Assembly (NCBI GenBank): GCA_951406725.2
Contig: OX597814.1
Coordinates: forward strand, 57,660,001-57,724,000
Source: Octopus vulgaris
Taxonomy: Eukaryota
DNA length: 64,000 nt
Reading direction: 5' to 3'
Part shown: positions 27,963 to 41,308 of the stretch, piece by piece
Numbering within the stretch: position 1 is the stretch's first letter
Layout: each line of letters starts with the position of its first letter
The notes under the pieces: model-generated
Database searches by the model: none
Told to the model about the DNA's origin: nothing
The model's input: the letters and a program-made list of their open reading frames with translations, nothing else
Position numbers and translations under genes: made by a program

Positions 27963-28510
27963 AACACCCAAACGCGCACACAGCCGTATGTGTAGGACAT
28001 TAGTTTAATTGAAGTAAACACCATCAATAGCATAATATTAATATCTGGTTAGTGCATACAATGTTTTTATTGATCGACAACTGGGAAACAAATGCCAAGG
28101 AAAAAAAATTGTGGGGAATCAGCATCGAAGAAGAAATAGCAACTCTCAAAATAAACAGATACGTAGTCTTGGAAGACAAGAGAAGAAAACGGTAAATGAG
28201 ACAATAATTACGAAGTCCCTATTGGCTATCTAGAACTACCGGTGCTAAATGTGTAATAACTTTTAAATCAAGTGTGAACTCCAGAGAGTCCACAAATAGA
28301 TGAATACCAATTGAAAACGACTAGCCTCTGGCTCGAGAGATAGCCGTGTTGAAAAGCATTGTTACCTGTGATAATAGTTTCTATAGTTTTATTAATTACA
28401 TACTTAACTTAAAGCAGTTGGAATCAATGAGTGAATCACTGTTTCTGTATTAGTCGAGAGAAATCTCATTGTACTTAGAGAAAGGTTATTAAAAGGGGTA
28501 GTGAAATTTA

Positions 28511-28893
28511 AGAGTGGCTGTGTGGTAAGTAGCTTGCATGCGAGCCACATGGTTCCGGGTTTAGTCCTACTGCGTAGCACCTTGGGCAAGTGTCTTCTAC
28601 TATAGTCTCGGGCCAACCAAAGCCTTGTGAGTTGATTTGGTAGATGGAAACTGAAAGAAGCCCGTCATATATATCTATATCTATATATATGTATGTGCGT
28701 GTCTGTGTTTGTCCCCCCAACATCGCTTGACAACCGATACTGGTGTGTTCACGTCCCCGTAACTTAGAGGTTCGGCAAAAGAGACCGATAGAATAAGTAC
28801 AAGGCTTACAAAGAATAAGTCCTGTTGTCGACTTGCTTGACTAAAAGGCGGTGCTCCAGCATGGCCACAGTCAAATAACTGAAACAAGTAAAA
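28511..28893 (+). mobile_element. tRNA-derived SINE, family B, full length
   Basis: Head GAGTGGCTGTGTGGTAAGTAGC, central (TA)/(TG) tract, tail GGTGCTCCAGCATGGCCACAGTC..CTGAAACAAGTAAAA; matches 48755-49143. Confidence 0.9.
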
Positions 28894-29441
28894 AAATATT
28901 TTCATTCATTGATGGATATAATCAATCGTAACATTTTCAATAATCGAAAACTATGTTTTGGGACTTACTAGTGCTATAGCCAGTAATGGATTCTTCCAAT
29001 TAACTTTATAGTCTACATTACTTGCTAAATAACGGTTGAGTAAAGTCAGAACTGTTTATAAAAGGTATAAGAATATAAAGGAAATATCGCAACTGAGAGG
29101 TGTCACCCTACTCAATCTACGAACGGGTATAAATACATATTTTTGCTATGATATATTACAAATATTGTTTTGTGATTGTCTGCCTCAACAATTCCCAACA
29201 ATTAGCAGTTACTATACTGATCGGCATCATTTAAGATCACAAAACAAGTACTACACTCTTCAATGTACTTACAGCAGGTATAACACTTATCGAAATAATA
29301 TTATTCTTCCTATACATTTCTACGAGAGGTTCACATATGCTCTACATAGGTAAGACTGCATACAAAAAACTGACTACCTTTCCTACGACCAGTAATTCCC
29401 AACCGGGGAGTATTAGGGATCCGTGAACTAAATTTAAAATG

Positions 29442-29510
<69 letters not shown>

Positions 29511-29513
<3 letters not shown>

Positions 29514-29728
29514 CTTTACTACCCACAAGGGGCTAAACACAGAGAGGACAAACAAGGACAGGCAATCGGATTAAGTCGATTACATGCACTGGTGCATAAC
29601 TGGTACTTATTTAATCGACCCCGAAAGGATGAAAGGCAAAGTCGACCTCGGCGGAATTTGAACTCAGAACGTAGCGGCAGACGAAATACTGCTAAGCATT
29701 TCGCCCGACGTGCTAACATTTCTGCCAG

Positions 29729-29731
<3 letters not shown>
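29511..29731 (-). mobile_element. SINE family A inserted in (TA)n
   Basis: Reverse complement of the 25965 copy. Confidence 0.9.
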
Positions 29732-29792
<61 letters not shown>

Positions 29793-30019
29793 CATGCATA
29801 TATATATATACATATATATATATATACATACATACATTTGTGTATATATATATATATTATATATATATATACATACACACACACACATAAGAATAGGCAT
29901 ATTAAAAGAAGTCCGGGGGAAAACTCATTTATATAATAATAGGGTTGGGAACCAATGATGGGAACCACTGGTTTAAATTGTATCAAAAATTACATGTTAT
30001 AAAATACGCAATAAGAAGA

Positions 30020-30175
30020 GTGAAAGTGCATGGTCTAGTAGTTAGGATGTTGCCCTCCCGATCACGGCTCGTAGTTTCGATTTCCAGGCCTGCCGTGCGT
30101 TTTGTTCTTCATCAAAACAATTCATTTCACATTAGCCCTGTCCACTCAGCTGCATATGAGTAACCTTGCGACAGA
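30020..30175 (+). mobile_element. Third tRNA-like SINE family, degraded
   Basis: GTGCATGGTCTAGTAGTTAGG..GTTTCGATTTCC A/B-box-like head; a related minus-strand copy lies at ~62545-62855. Confidence 0.5.
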
Positions 30176-30332
30176 TCGGTCTACAAACGTGAGATGGTGA
30201 CTCAGTAAAATCATCGAACAGAGATCTCGTGAGCCATGTTTTGTATTGAGCGATTGAAAGGATGAATAATACAATCCGTTTTAAATTATATTGCGCATAG
30301 CTGCTTTCGATATTTTATAATTTTCACATTTA

Positions 30333-30561
30333 GGCGGCGAGCTGGCAGAACCGTAAGCACGTCGGGCAAAATGCGTAGCCGTATTTCGTCTGCCGTTACG
30401 TTCTGAGTTCAAATTCCGCCGACGTCGACTTTGCCTTTCGTCCTTTCGGGGTCGATAAATTAAGTACCAGTTACGCATTGGGGTCGATGTAATCGACTTA
30501 ATCCGTTTGTCTGTCCTTGTTTGTTCCCTCTATGTTTAGCCCCTTGTGGGTAATAAAGAAA
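30333..30561 (+). mobile_element. SINE family A, full length
   Basis: Near-identical to 25965-26193. Confidence 0.9.
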
Positions 30562-30862
30562 CAGAAATTTTAACATTAGCATTTTACTGAATCAGCCATA
30601 AATTAATATGGTAAATATATATACTGACAATTAAAGCTTAGTCAAACCATCCAGTGATGGAGTAGTCACTACTGATCAGCTTATTATTTTCGAGCCACGC
30701 TAGACTAGCAAAGTGATCAAGCTTCACTGTGGGGCGGTTACCTCACCTGTCAGTATATAGAAATATGCTTTCTTCAGGCTCTAAGGGTTTTTAATTCATA
30801 TTTCTAGCGATACAGGTACTACCCGGCACCCTCAGTCACATTTAGTCACGACTGAATTTTTT

Positions 30863-30904
<42 letters not shown>

Positions 30905-30984
30905 ATAATGTGTTTTTTTAATGGCACAACAATGCACTATAATAACAACAATGGACTATAATAACTGGTGTAATTTAATCATTC

Positions 30985-31340
30985 ATAGTCTGATATAATA
31001 TTTCGAAATATAAAATTTCCTTCTTCAGATATCCCTAGGAATTGATCGAGTCACTGCTACAATCAGTTTTCCAATGGCTTTTTTCTTTTTTCACCCTTCT
31101 TCCTTCTTCCTTTTTTCCTATTTTTTCATTGAGGCCGATGAAAGAAATTTGGAAGCTATTCTCATAGACAGACTAGGGCCCCAAATCAACAACAGGCTGG
31201 AGCTTGGCAGTCACTATACTCTCTAGCTACATTTGGATGCGTGTAATTTTTTTAATGATATGCTCGTGTATTATTTATAAAAAAAGGGGGAAGAGAAAAA
31301 AGAGAAAAAAGGGAAGGAGGAGGAAAAGAGGAAACTGCAC
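30985..31340. mobile_element. Penelope-like fragment: GIY-YIG C-terminus (+) preceded by an inverted terminal piece with hammerhead core (-)
   Basis: Plus strand LEAILIDRLGPQINNRLE (31149-31202) fits the E-x3-I...P-x2-N end of PLE GIY-YIG endonucleases. Minus strand CUGAAGA-AG-GAAAU/AUUUC-GAAAUAUUAUAUC at 30992-31028. Confidence 0.5.
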
Positions 31341-31456
31341 GTATAATTCATAACTTAGAGGCAACGATACTGATGTGCCAGCCTGAGACATTATTACTGT
31401 TTATCATTATTGTTTACAAACAATACGCAATGCTTCAAGCAAACTACAATACTCTC

Positions 31457-31542
<86 letters not shown>

Positions 31543-31868
31543 GTGTGTGTGTTTGTGTGTATGTGTGTTTATGTATATATATATTTAAAAGTTATTAACT
31601 ATTAAAAAATTATTTTATTTAACAGAATCTTTGTGGGTTATGTTTGTATATGGTATTTTATGTCTAGGTATTTTATTGTGTGTAATCACTTTCGTTTTAC
31701 AACTTTTCAAAAACAAATTCTTCAAAGACACTGCATAAAGAGTAATTTAGTTTTTGTTTTCATGTTAACTATATCCAGTTTTAGAATTATAATTTTGTAT
31801 GATTTTTAAAAGTATCCTTCTTTTGTCTTTCGTAGTTGATCATTTTCATCTTATATTACGTAAAATGG

Positions 31869-31913
<45 letters not shown>

Positions 31914-33299
31914 AGGCATTGAAAAGTGATGGCATTTGAAAGATACACATAAATATAATTTGTTGAACTTTATACATGCTGGATTTCGGTCGAGCGTCCT
32001 GTATCTATTTCTAGAAATTGTGTTTTGTAAACGACAGACTATGTTGATGATCTTGCAGATGTTTGCGTATCCATATACGTACATATTAACAAGTGAAACT
32101 AATTAGTACATAGGTAATGTTTTTTTTTTCGTATATTCTCATTTCTCTGGCTTATTTTTACACTTTGTTTTTTTTGCTGATTTTTTCTTGAGAACACATT
32201 CTTCGTGGAAAATGGCGATTTTGACGTCTATATCTAGCATATAGACTGTCCATGTTTTTAGTGGTCAGTCCTCTAAATTTTGTATATATATATATATATA
32301 TATATTCCATCTGCTGAGGTTTATTGAAAATGTACGACCAAGTTGCATTAGACAATACTTGGAAAGTTCTATGCCGCAGCAGGGAATCTAAATCTACGGT
32401 TTTGTACTGAAATTCTCGACCACATGCTTATGCACACCACCGAAGAAATGAATTAATACGCTCTATGCTGTTTATATAACTTTGACAATATCTAGTCTCA
32501 TAAATGCAACTTCCATTTATCCAATCAGTGAGTGGTTGCAACTTTTCGCGAATAATTGACTCCTTCAGGAATGCTTAAAATATTTCTTGATTTAAATATC
32601 GTTGCGATATTACCTGTCTCCTAAATCCTTTAAACCTTTTCTGAGCTTAGAAAATAATGTCATTTGTAATTGACTTTAGCTAAATTGTATAAATCAATGA
32701 ACACAATGATGGTCAATGGTATTTACTTTATTCATATACTGTATATAGCCGATGATGGGTGTCATTAAATTAAATTCCTAACATCAATGATAGCTTTAAA
32801 TATCTAAATTGCTTCTGAGAATTGAGTTTTTCAGAATATCTCTTAGTGTTTGATGCATTTTCGATTTAATGCTTTTGACTTTTCTCAGTTACTCATTTCT
32901 TTTCGTTGTCTCTTTCAACAGAATACTGCTCCATAAAAACAGATAAAGAATTGGTTATCTAGTTTTCAATTAAGAATATATATCTCCTGAGGCTACATAA
33001 TTTTTAGATAAAATATGTATAGAATTTTTAATTTCTATCGCCTTCATAACGTTATTATGGTTTTAGCATTTTCAATGAAGTTATCAAACAGCGTGTCTCA
33101 GTTAAATGACGTAAAATAAAAAGGATTTATCAAAAGATTTAGTAAGCCACACACATTGGTATCATAGATAAAAGAGACTGCTTCAAGTGAGAAACAGTAG
33201 AGAGATAGTGAGAGACTATCATAAAGAAGCGGTGACAGAGGGGTAACGAGAAGAGGTAGAGCGCGAGAGTGAAAATGAGAAAGAGAGAAAGAGAGAATA

Positions 33300-33361
<62 letters not shown>

Positions 33362-35982
33362 TAGAGAGAAATAGGAGTGAGAGTGAGAAAGTGTGTGGGT
33401 ATGTGTGACAGCGTGTGTATGTGCATGTGTGAGAGAGAAAGAAAGAGAGAGAGAGAGAGAAGGAGGGCAGAGAGTAATTGACATGTTCGCCCTTTATGGC
33501 GTAACCAAATTAAATAATCTAATATCCACAAACATAATAATTGTATTTTGATTATGTTAAATTGATTTCGAATGAAATTTTTTCGATGCCCGTTAAATGA
33601 CAAATTGAGATCTGATAATTCTGTTGACTAAAACATCAAAAAATTATATGTTTACCTAGGTTTCCTTTCATCGTATATTTTCACAAGATTACATTTGAGT
33701 TTCAATGCCTCTTTTTTCGCTTAATAAGTGGTTATCTGTTTATGCCAGCATCCCTCTCCATTAAAGATCTCTCATTGACATTATATTTATCTTTATTCAG
33801 GTTAATAACTTCAAACTAATAGAACCACTATCAATATTATGAAGCTGCTATATTCCTAGAGGATTCCCATCTCTTTCATGAAATAATTTTCAAAAATATC
33901 AGACGTGCATCTTATCGCTTATATGATATTTTTCTTTGTTTATCCTTATTTGCAAAAATATTAGAGACGTTGAATGAATTTCAAGTTATTAATTCCCATG
34001 GTGTGAATGTTAGAGGAACATGAAAGATTGAGGATAACTGTAACTCCTCTGTTTATTTCCCTATTTCAGTCAACAAGTCTGTACAGGATTGCGAAAATAT
34101 GTTGGAATAATGCGTGAGATTGTATTTCCACATAGTATTATAGAGTTTGAAAATCATCCAATATAATATGTTGTTCTACATTGCTTCTTTACGCACACAT
34201 CGCAAGCATTTTTTCTAATTTCAATTCATACATTCAAACTCGAAGATATAAAAATAGAGAAGCACACACCTCATAAATCACACGCAAAGATGTATCTACT
34301 CTACACAAACAGCACCACTGCCCAAGAACATACATCCACAGAATTCCACAATTATATCAAGCGATTGTTTGATATAGACGATTAAAAACAGCACGAATTT
34401 CCTTAACCTATTACCTATTAAATGTTTTTTTAACTTCTAAACTTTACTTTTAACTATCAATCACACACTTTCTCTCCCTTTGCTACTGTGGATTTCATTA
34501 CTTTTCACAGTGGACATCAATACTATAAAGTATTTTCAATACATTTACCAACATTTTTTTAAATCATCATTTCTTTAGGTTCCACATGTTCCACATTTAA
34601 ATCCACAATTACAACCTTCATCTTATCTCTATCTGTATTTCATTCACACTGTTATTTTCTTCACAAAAATCATGTATGTTATTATTTTGTTATCATTATC
34701 ACCATTGTCATCTTTACAATTTACTGCAAGCTTAATTTCAATAAAAACAATAATGGTATTAACGGTACTCGCAATGAAAATAATAAAGATAATAACAATT
34801 TAGTGAGAGCAACTAATAATGTTTTTGATCAGAAAGATTGTAGGATACCCAGTTGTTGCCCTTTAAGTACTCATTGCATGTGATATGTCATTTATAAATT
34901 AACTGTCTATACTAGACACCAAAATTCGATTAAAGGATGCATAGGGTTTTCTAATGATTTTAACAGATCCTACTCGTTACATGTTTCTTCGTTCTCTAGT
35001 TTTAAGCACAAGACTTCTATGTAACTAGCAAATTATATCCATCGTCTCAAGTCTAATAATATTTCGTCTCACGTCCAATCACTCCCGGTCTGCAATTAGG
35101 CCCAGAAGACCTTACCGGAGTAGTCGCACTGCAAGCAATTTGTGCAGAAGAGAATTCCTTGAGGTACTACACAAGAATAAGGATCTGCTAAATAAATAAT
35201 GAGAGATATTAAGATTGTGCTGTCGAAATATTTTAAAGACAGTTTCCTTTTACCATAGATCGATTTACTCTAACTGATCTAGATAACTGCAAGCTTGTAT
35301 TTTCATCTGACATTCTCGTCTTTGTTTGTGTGCATGTCTCTTTTCCTGCGAACATCTATATTTTCAGTCATGTAATTGATATTTCCTTTTTCACAGCCCA
35401 TTCTGATATATTTAAATCTCTATTTAAAAAAAAAATTATTTATTCATTGTTTTTAGCATTCTTATTTACGCATTTGGGCACTTATACTATATCAGATCGC
35501 AAAACAGTGGCGCTGCCTCTTCTACACAGCCGGAAATTTTTCGTATGCTATCTCCATTTCCTTTTTAATGTATTTGCTTTGATCATCCATCTCAATTCCG
35601 CATTTTTCAAACATATATTTAGACCTGTCATTGATAGTCTAGCTTTCCAAACCAACAAAATTGCTCTTTCATCAATCTTTCATTCTTTATTCCATTTCTC
35701 TTTCGTCTTTCTCTTCGTTTTTCTATACCACGTATCCTCTTTTTCACTGTTCTGTTATATACTTTCGATTTTTACCTCACATGTCTTTCTTTTTCCCCCG
35801 TATCAACTCCTACTTAAGAAATTATTCCACTTTTCCTCCGTCTTTGTATAGATGCCTGTGCATTGTCTTGCATTTTTATTGCCCTCAGGGATAGTATTCG
35901 CACTTGCTCCTCTCTCTTCCTAACAAAATATTCGACGTTTTTACCTTGAAGATATTAAGACACTGAGCTTCATGTGAGTTTG

Positions 35983-36047
<65 letters not shown>

Positions 36048-36053
<6 letters not shown>

Positions 36054-36624
36054 AATGAGGGTGAAAATTTGATATTAATTTAATAATACCATTAATTTAA
36101 CACCGAGTGGCTTAGCACAAAAAACTACGGAGAAAATACAAATTTATACATAAATTATTAGAGAGTTAACCACTATGTGGATAACTCTAGTGCTAAAAAT
36201 AGCTCCGATAGTATAGCCACAGAAAAAAGATGTTTCCAACTAGAAGTAACATACATTTAACGGAAGGAAAGTGAAATATAACGAATAAATAGATTGACCC
36301 TGAACAAATTGTTTCATTACTAATGTAATATGTAGTTTTACTTACATACACATCTATAAATCATCGGCAGAGGTTTGTCTTAAATACAATTAATTAGATC
36401 GACCCGAGCGTCAAAAACACGAGCGGTTTAACGAATTGCATTTTTAGTTATGCCTCAAATTCCCCGCCAAAAGCATGCCAAGACTCCATTGGAAACGTAT
36501 GCCGCATCAAATAAAATATTTACTGCCGCATAGTTAAATTTATAAATTTATAAATGAGGGTGAAAAATTGATATTAATTTAATAATACCATTAATTTAAC
36601 ACCGAGTGGCTTAGCACAAAAACT

Positions 36625-36629
<5 letters not shown>
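36048..36629 (-). mobile_element. ~500-bp hammerhead-bearing unit with ~83-bp terminal direct repeats, inserted in (TA)n
   Basis: Near-identical direct repeats at 36048-36131 and 36547-36629; (TA)n on both sides; degenerate hammerhead at 36297-36374 (CCGAUGA...GAAAC AAUUU GUU). Confidence 0.75.
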
Positions 36630-36701
<72 letters not shown>

Positions 36702-36724
36702 TATGTATAATTATTACCTCATTA

Positions 36725-38153
36725 TAAAACTTAGATAAACTTAGATATGTTTCGACCAAAGATTGGTCCAGGCCATGTCTAACTTAATAGCACCACCTGA
36801 TAGGATTATTTGAATCCTGTTTAAGTCAAGTTTTGTTTATGGTCCATTCAAGTAGTGAGTTTTTGTTGGGTGAGTTGTATCCAATTATGGGTGGCTTATC
36901 TGGTATTCTTTGAAGGAATCTATCCAGACTCCGTTTAAAGTTGATGGGATCCTTTTCCTCTTTGATCTCTTTCGGGACAATGTTAAATAGGGAAGGGCCT
37001 GTTGAGGAAAAGAAATTATGTTGCAGTATGCATGTATGCTGTGATCTTGAATTGGGCAGGGGACGTATGGCTCGTGGTCCCAGTCTTGGATGAACCTTGA
37101 AGCTAATGTTCAGGTCGTTTGGGCAAAGTTGGCGGTATATTCTCCACATCGTACAAATGATGTACCGCTTACGGCGACGCTGGAGGGAGTAGAGTTTCAA
37201 GGCTTTAAGGCGATCCCAATAATCGAGAGCAGCCATGCCTTCAAATCGTTTAGTGAGTTCCCTCTGGGGTGATTCAAACCTCGAGATGTTTTGTCTTGTA
37301 TGGGGAGACCACAGTGGGCAGCAGTATTCGAGGTGTGGCCGTACAAAGGAGGAGAAAAGTGGTATGATGACACCTTGTTCTCTGGACCGGAAAGTTCTTA
37401 AGATCCAGGAACTCATCCTACGAGCTATATCGACCTTCTTGTTGATGTGTGCACTCCAACTGAGATCGTCATCAACAATTACACCCAGGTCTCTGATATT
37501 GTTAGAGGCTGTGAGCGGTTCCCCTGAAGGAAGAGAGTATGGCTGTTTTAGTGAGGAATTTCTTCCAAAATGCATCAGATCAAATTTTCCCTCGTTCAGT
37601 TGCATTTAGTTTCTGTCTTCCCATTGACTCACAGCATATAGATCAGACTGGAGTTGAGTTCGGTCTGCTTCTTCATTGACGATTTGCTGGAGCTTAGTGT
37701 CATCAGCAAATATTTTCACTTTGCAGTAATGTACGACACTGGAAAGGTCGTTTATGTAAATTATGAAGAGTTGCGGACCCAAGACAGTCCCCTGGGGGAT
37801 ACCGCTGGTGACTTTTGCTGATATTGAGTGGACTCCATCAACTACAACATGTTGTGTTCTATTCGCCAGGAAATACTTAATCCAGTGTAGAACTTTTCCA
37901 CGGATTCCAACATTTGCCAATTTTGAGAGTAAGATATTATGGTCTACCCTGTCGAACGCTTTACTGAAGTCAAGATATATGACATCAGAGTTCGAACCCG
38001 TTCCCAAGGCTTTGAGTACATCTTCATTGTGGTGCAAGAGCTGTGTTAGACAGTCCCTGCCACAGCGAAAGCCATGCTGATTTGCATTTAGGAGTTTGTG
38101 GGTCTCCAGGAAGTCAGCTATCCTTGATCTTAACACTCTTTCAAACACTTTTG
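36725..38153 (-). mobile_element. 5'-truncated CR1/L2-group LINE (RT plus 3' UTR), related to the 53407 element
   Basis: QHGFR, YLDFSKAFDRV, GIPQGTVLGP, FADD, LEYCCPLWSP, LYSLQRRR. Single in-frame TAA at 37606-37608. The 3' UTR shares 32 identical nt with the full-length element. Confidence 0.92.
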
Positions 38154-39435
38154 CTTTGGGTACAGTTTCCTCCATCCAGTTCCAAACCAAAGTATTGCTC
38201 AGTTAATACACAGTGGGATCGGACAGTGAGTCAATTGATTACGAAGGGAACATTTTTGTTTCTGCTTACGCATCTCATCAATTGCACTAATGTTCTAAAT
38301 CAAGCACTTTACGAAATTTCAGTGATGGTAGGTATGAAGCATCGGAGTTGTGATTCATGAAAACGAAGTTTGGGTATCATATGTGGATGTGGAGATCATG
38401 AGATTTATAGTGCCGTAGAAATTTTCTGTTCTGCAATGATTAAGCAGTCGTTACTGCTTAGCAAGCGGCTTGATCTGAGATGGTGTTTTGACATAGAAAC
38501 AATTACACCGTATAAAAAATCACGATTGCTTTTTAAAACAGTCATTAAATGTTGTCGTGATATAATTACATTCTATCTAATGGAAGCCAACTATTGGCTA
38601 ATTCTTCGAATTCATGAAGATTTTTTTGTGTTTCTATAGATTTATTTCTTCGTTATTTTCTCATTATTAATATTAAAAATATTTCAATTTCATTTCTCTT
38701 TACTTATAGGAAAGGTTAATGACTTTATATATGAATTTGATCTATGAAATATATTAATTATTTCGTGATGCCTTTGGAAAGCTGTCATGTATATACACGT
38801 ATTCCTGTAAGTATGTGTGCTTCAGTGATTAAATGTGTATGCATGAATAAAAGTGGATGCAAATTAATTACGATATACAAAAATATGCCCTGGAAGATAG
38901 AACCACTTCTGGCATGAATGACCATGGGATTTCACCTAGAAAGTTACACTCCGAGGCACAAATCCAGGCAATGAGCGTGGGATTGTACCTAAAAACTTAC
39001 AGTCCGTGGCACAAGTCTGAGTGAGGCTGTTTACGGAAGACCAACATATATATATATATAAAATGAAAGAGGAATTCGTCTGCATCCTTTCAAGAAAGGT
39101 TAACCTTTGTTGTATAAGCTTATAAAGCCCTGAGATTCTGCCCATATAGAATAAAATTTTGTTGCAGATAACTTTTAATGTATTCTTTGGTCCATCGTTG
39201 TTGAGGGTACGTGTATGTTTGTACTTTTACGCGTAAGTGGTGTTCTTAGCTAAACGTTTAGCTTGTGGAGACGGTCGTTGTTTTCTCATATAAATAAATC
39301 AAATAAATCAAAAAATAGTTTTTTATGGTATTTAATGGATCATTCTTCAAAAACATGTTATATCTCTTAACTTTGTTTTCTTTCACGTTACGACACATAT
39401 ATAAGCAAGTGCAAATATGTATGTATACAGGTAGA

Positions 39436-39489
<54 letters not shown>

Positions 39490-39490
<1 letters not shown>

Positions 39491-39574
39491 ATTTTATAGA
39501 AGGAGCTTCTACAGGACTAGAACTGTTTTATTGAATGAAACAGTTCTAGTCCTGTAAACTCCTTCTATAAAATA
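39490..39574. repeat. Near-perfect 85-bp hairpin
   Basis: TATTTTATAGAAGGAG..TACAGGACTAGAACTGTTT / AAACAGTTCTAGTCCTGTA..CTCCTTCTATAAAATA; follows (TA)n. Confidence 0.9.
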
Positions 39575-39642
39575 ATTAATTTACTCTGCTATGTATTGAG
39601 TACCTTATTTACTGTGGTTAACCCCGACTCAACCCGGGACCT

Positions 39643-39802
<160 letters not shown>

Positions 39803-40126
39803 TATATGGGCAGAATTCATACATACTATATATACTATATATATAGTATGTATGTATATGTATATATATATGTCAAATTTTGGGTCTTCTTGATACGATT
39901 ACCTCTCTAACCTATATATATATATACCACTAAAGAAAGATTAACTCTCTATTCCTTACTTTTATGTATTCTTCCTCATTGGATGTTTTCTATCCCTTTG
40001 ACAGAAACAGTTTTTCCTTGGTTTGATTTATATATATATATAATACAAAATGAGAAAATGGAGAAATATATCTAAATCACAATATATATTTTGTGACTGC
40101 GTGTGTACCGTTGGCGATTTTTTTCC

Positions 40127-40184
<58 letters not shown>

Positions 40185-40289
40185 ATTCGTAACCAAAATA
40201 GGCAGTAGTTGCACTAATTTAGATAAAAGTTTCTTAGAACACCCCCAAAACCCACATCTTAAATACACACAAAGATGCATTTGTCTTGG

Positions 40290-40530
40290 TTGACTATCTT
40301 TAAATTCGCTTGATGAGTCTACGAATCCAAGTAATATGTGATTTAATCTATTATGATGATATTGAATGAAAATTTCTTGCGAAATAAATTGTAGCAGGTT
40401 TAAAGTTTGTTCATCTGTTATTTATTACATTATACTTGATCCGCATCATGTGTTCTCCTATTACTTGGGTCATTGGTAAATAATTGGAATTGAGAATTGC
40501 ACAACAACAGTATCCAGTTCTGCATTATTG
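40290..40530 (+). mobile_element. Possible decayed hAT (Charlie-like) transposase fragment
   Basis: SLDESTNPSN resembles the LDESTD motif; the remainder is degenerate. Confidence 0.3.
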
Positions 40531-40635
40531 GTGTCTACCATGATGGAGTGTTTCATATCTGCTCCGTGTCGGTAACGCACAACACATTCGTGTGACTCGA
40601 TTCTTAATAAATCACTTTAATTTACACGCGCGCGC

Positions 40636-40713
<78 letters not shown>

Positions 40714-40724
40714 ACATATATTCC

Positions 40725-41100
40725 TTTATTCGTTTGTTCTTTTACTTGTTTCAGTTATTTGTCTGCGGCCATGCTGGAGTCTTGTCGAACAAATAGACCT
40801 CAGGACTTATTCTTCGTAAGCTTAGTACTTATTCTATCGGCTCTTTTGCTGAACTGCTAAGTTACGGGAATGTAAACACACCAGCATCGGTTGTCAAGCG
40901 AGGGTGGGAGGACAAACGCAGAGACGCAAATACAATGTATACAACAGGCTTCTTTCAGTTTCCGTCAACCAAATCCACCTACAAGGCTTTGGATCGTCTC
41001 GAGGCTACAGTTGAAGACGACCAAGACACTTGCGCAGTGGGACAGAACGCGAAACCATGTGTTTGGGAAGCAAGCTTCTTGCGACACAGCCACGCTTGTG
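40725..41100 (-). mobile_element. SINE family B
   Basis: Diverged reverse complement of the 28511 copy. Confidence 0.8.
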
Positions 41101-41256
41101 ACTATGAATATATATATATACACACATATATATATATATATTATATTAAATTAGAGACAAAACCACTATTAGGCAAATCAAACAATGAAAGACTTAAGCC
41201 AATACATATGATTAATTTATATTATTTAAATATGTAACAATTATTAAAAAATATAA

Positions 41257-41307
<51 letters not shown>

Positions 41308-41308
<1 letters not shown>

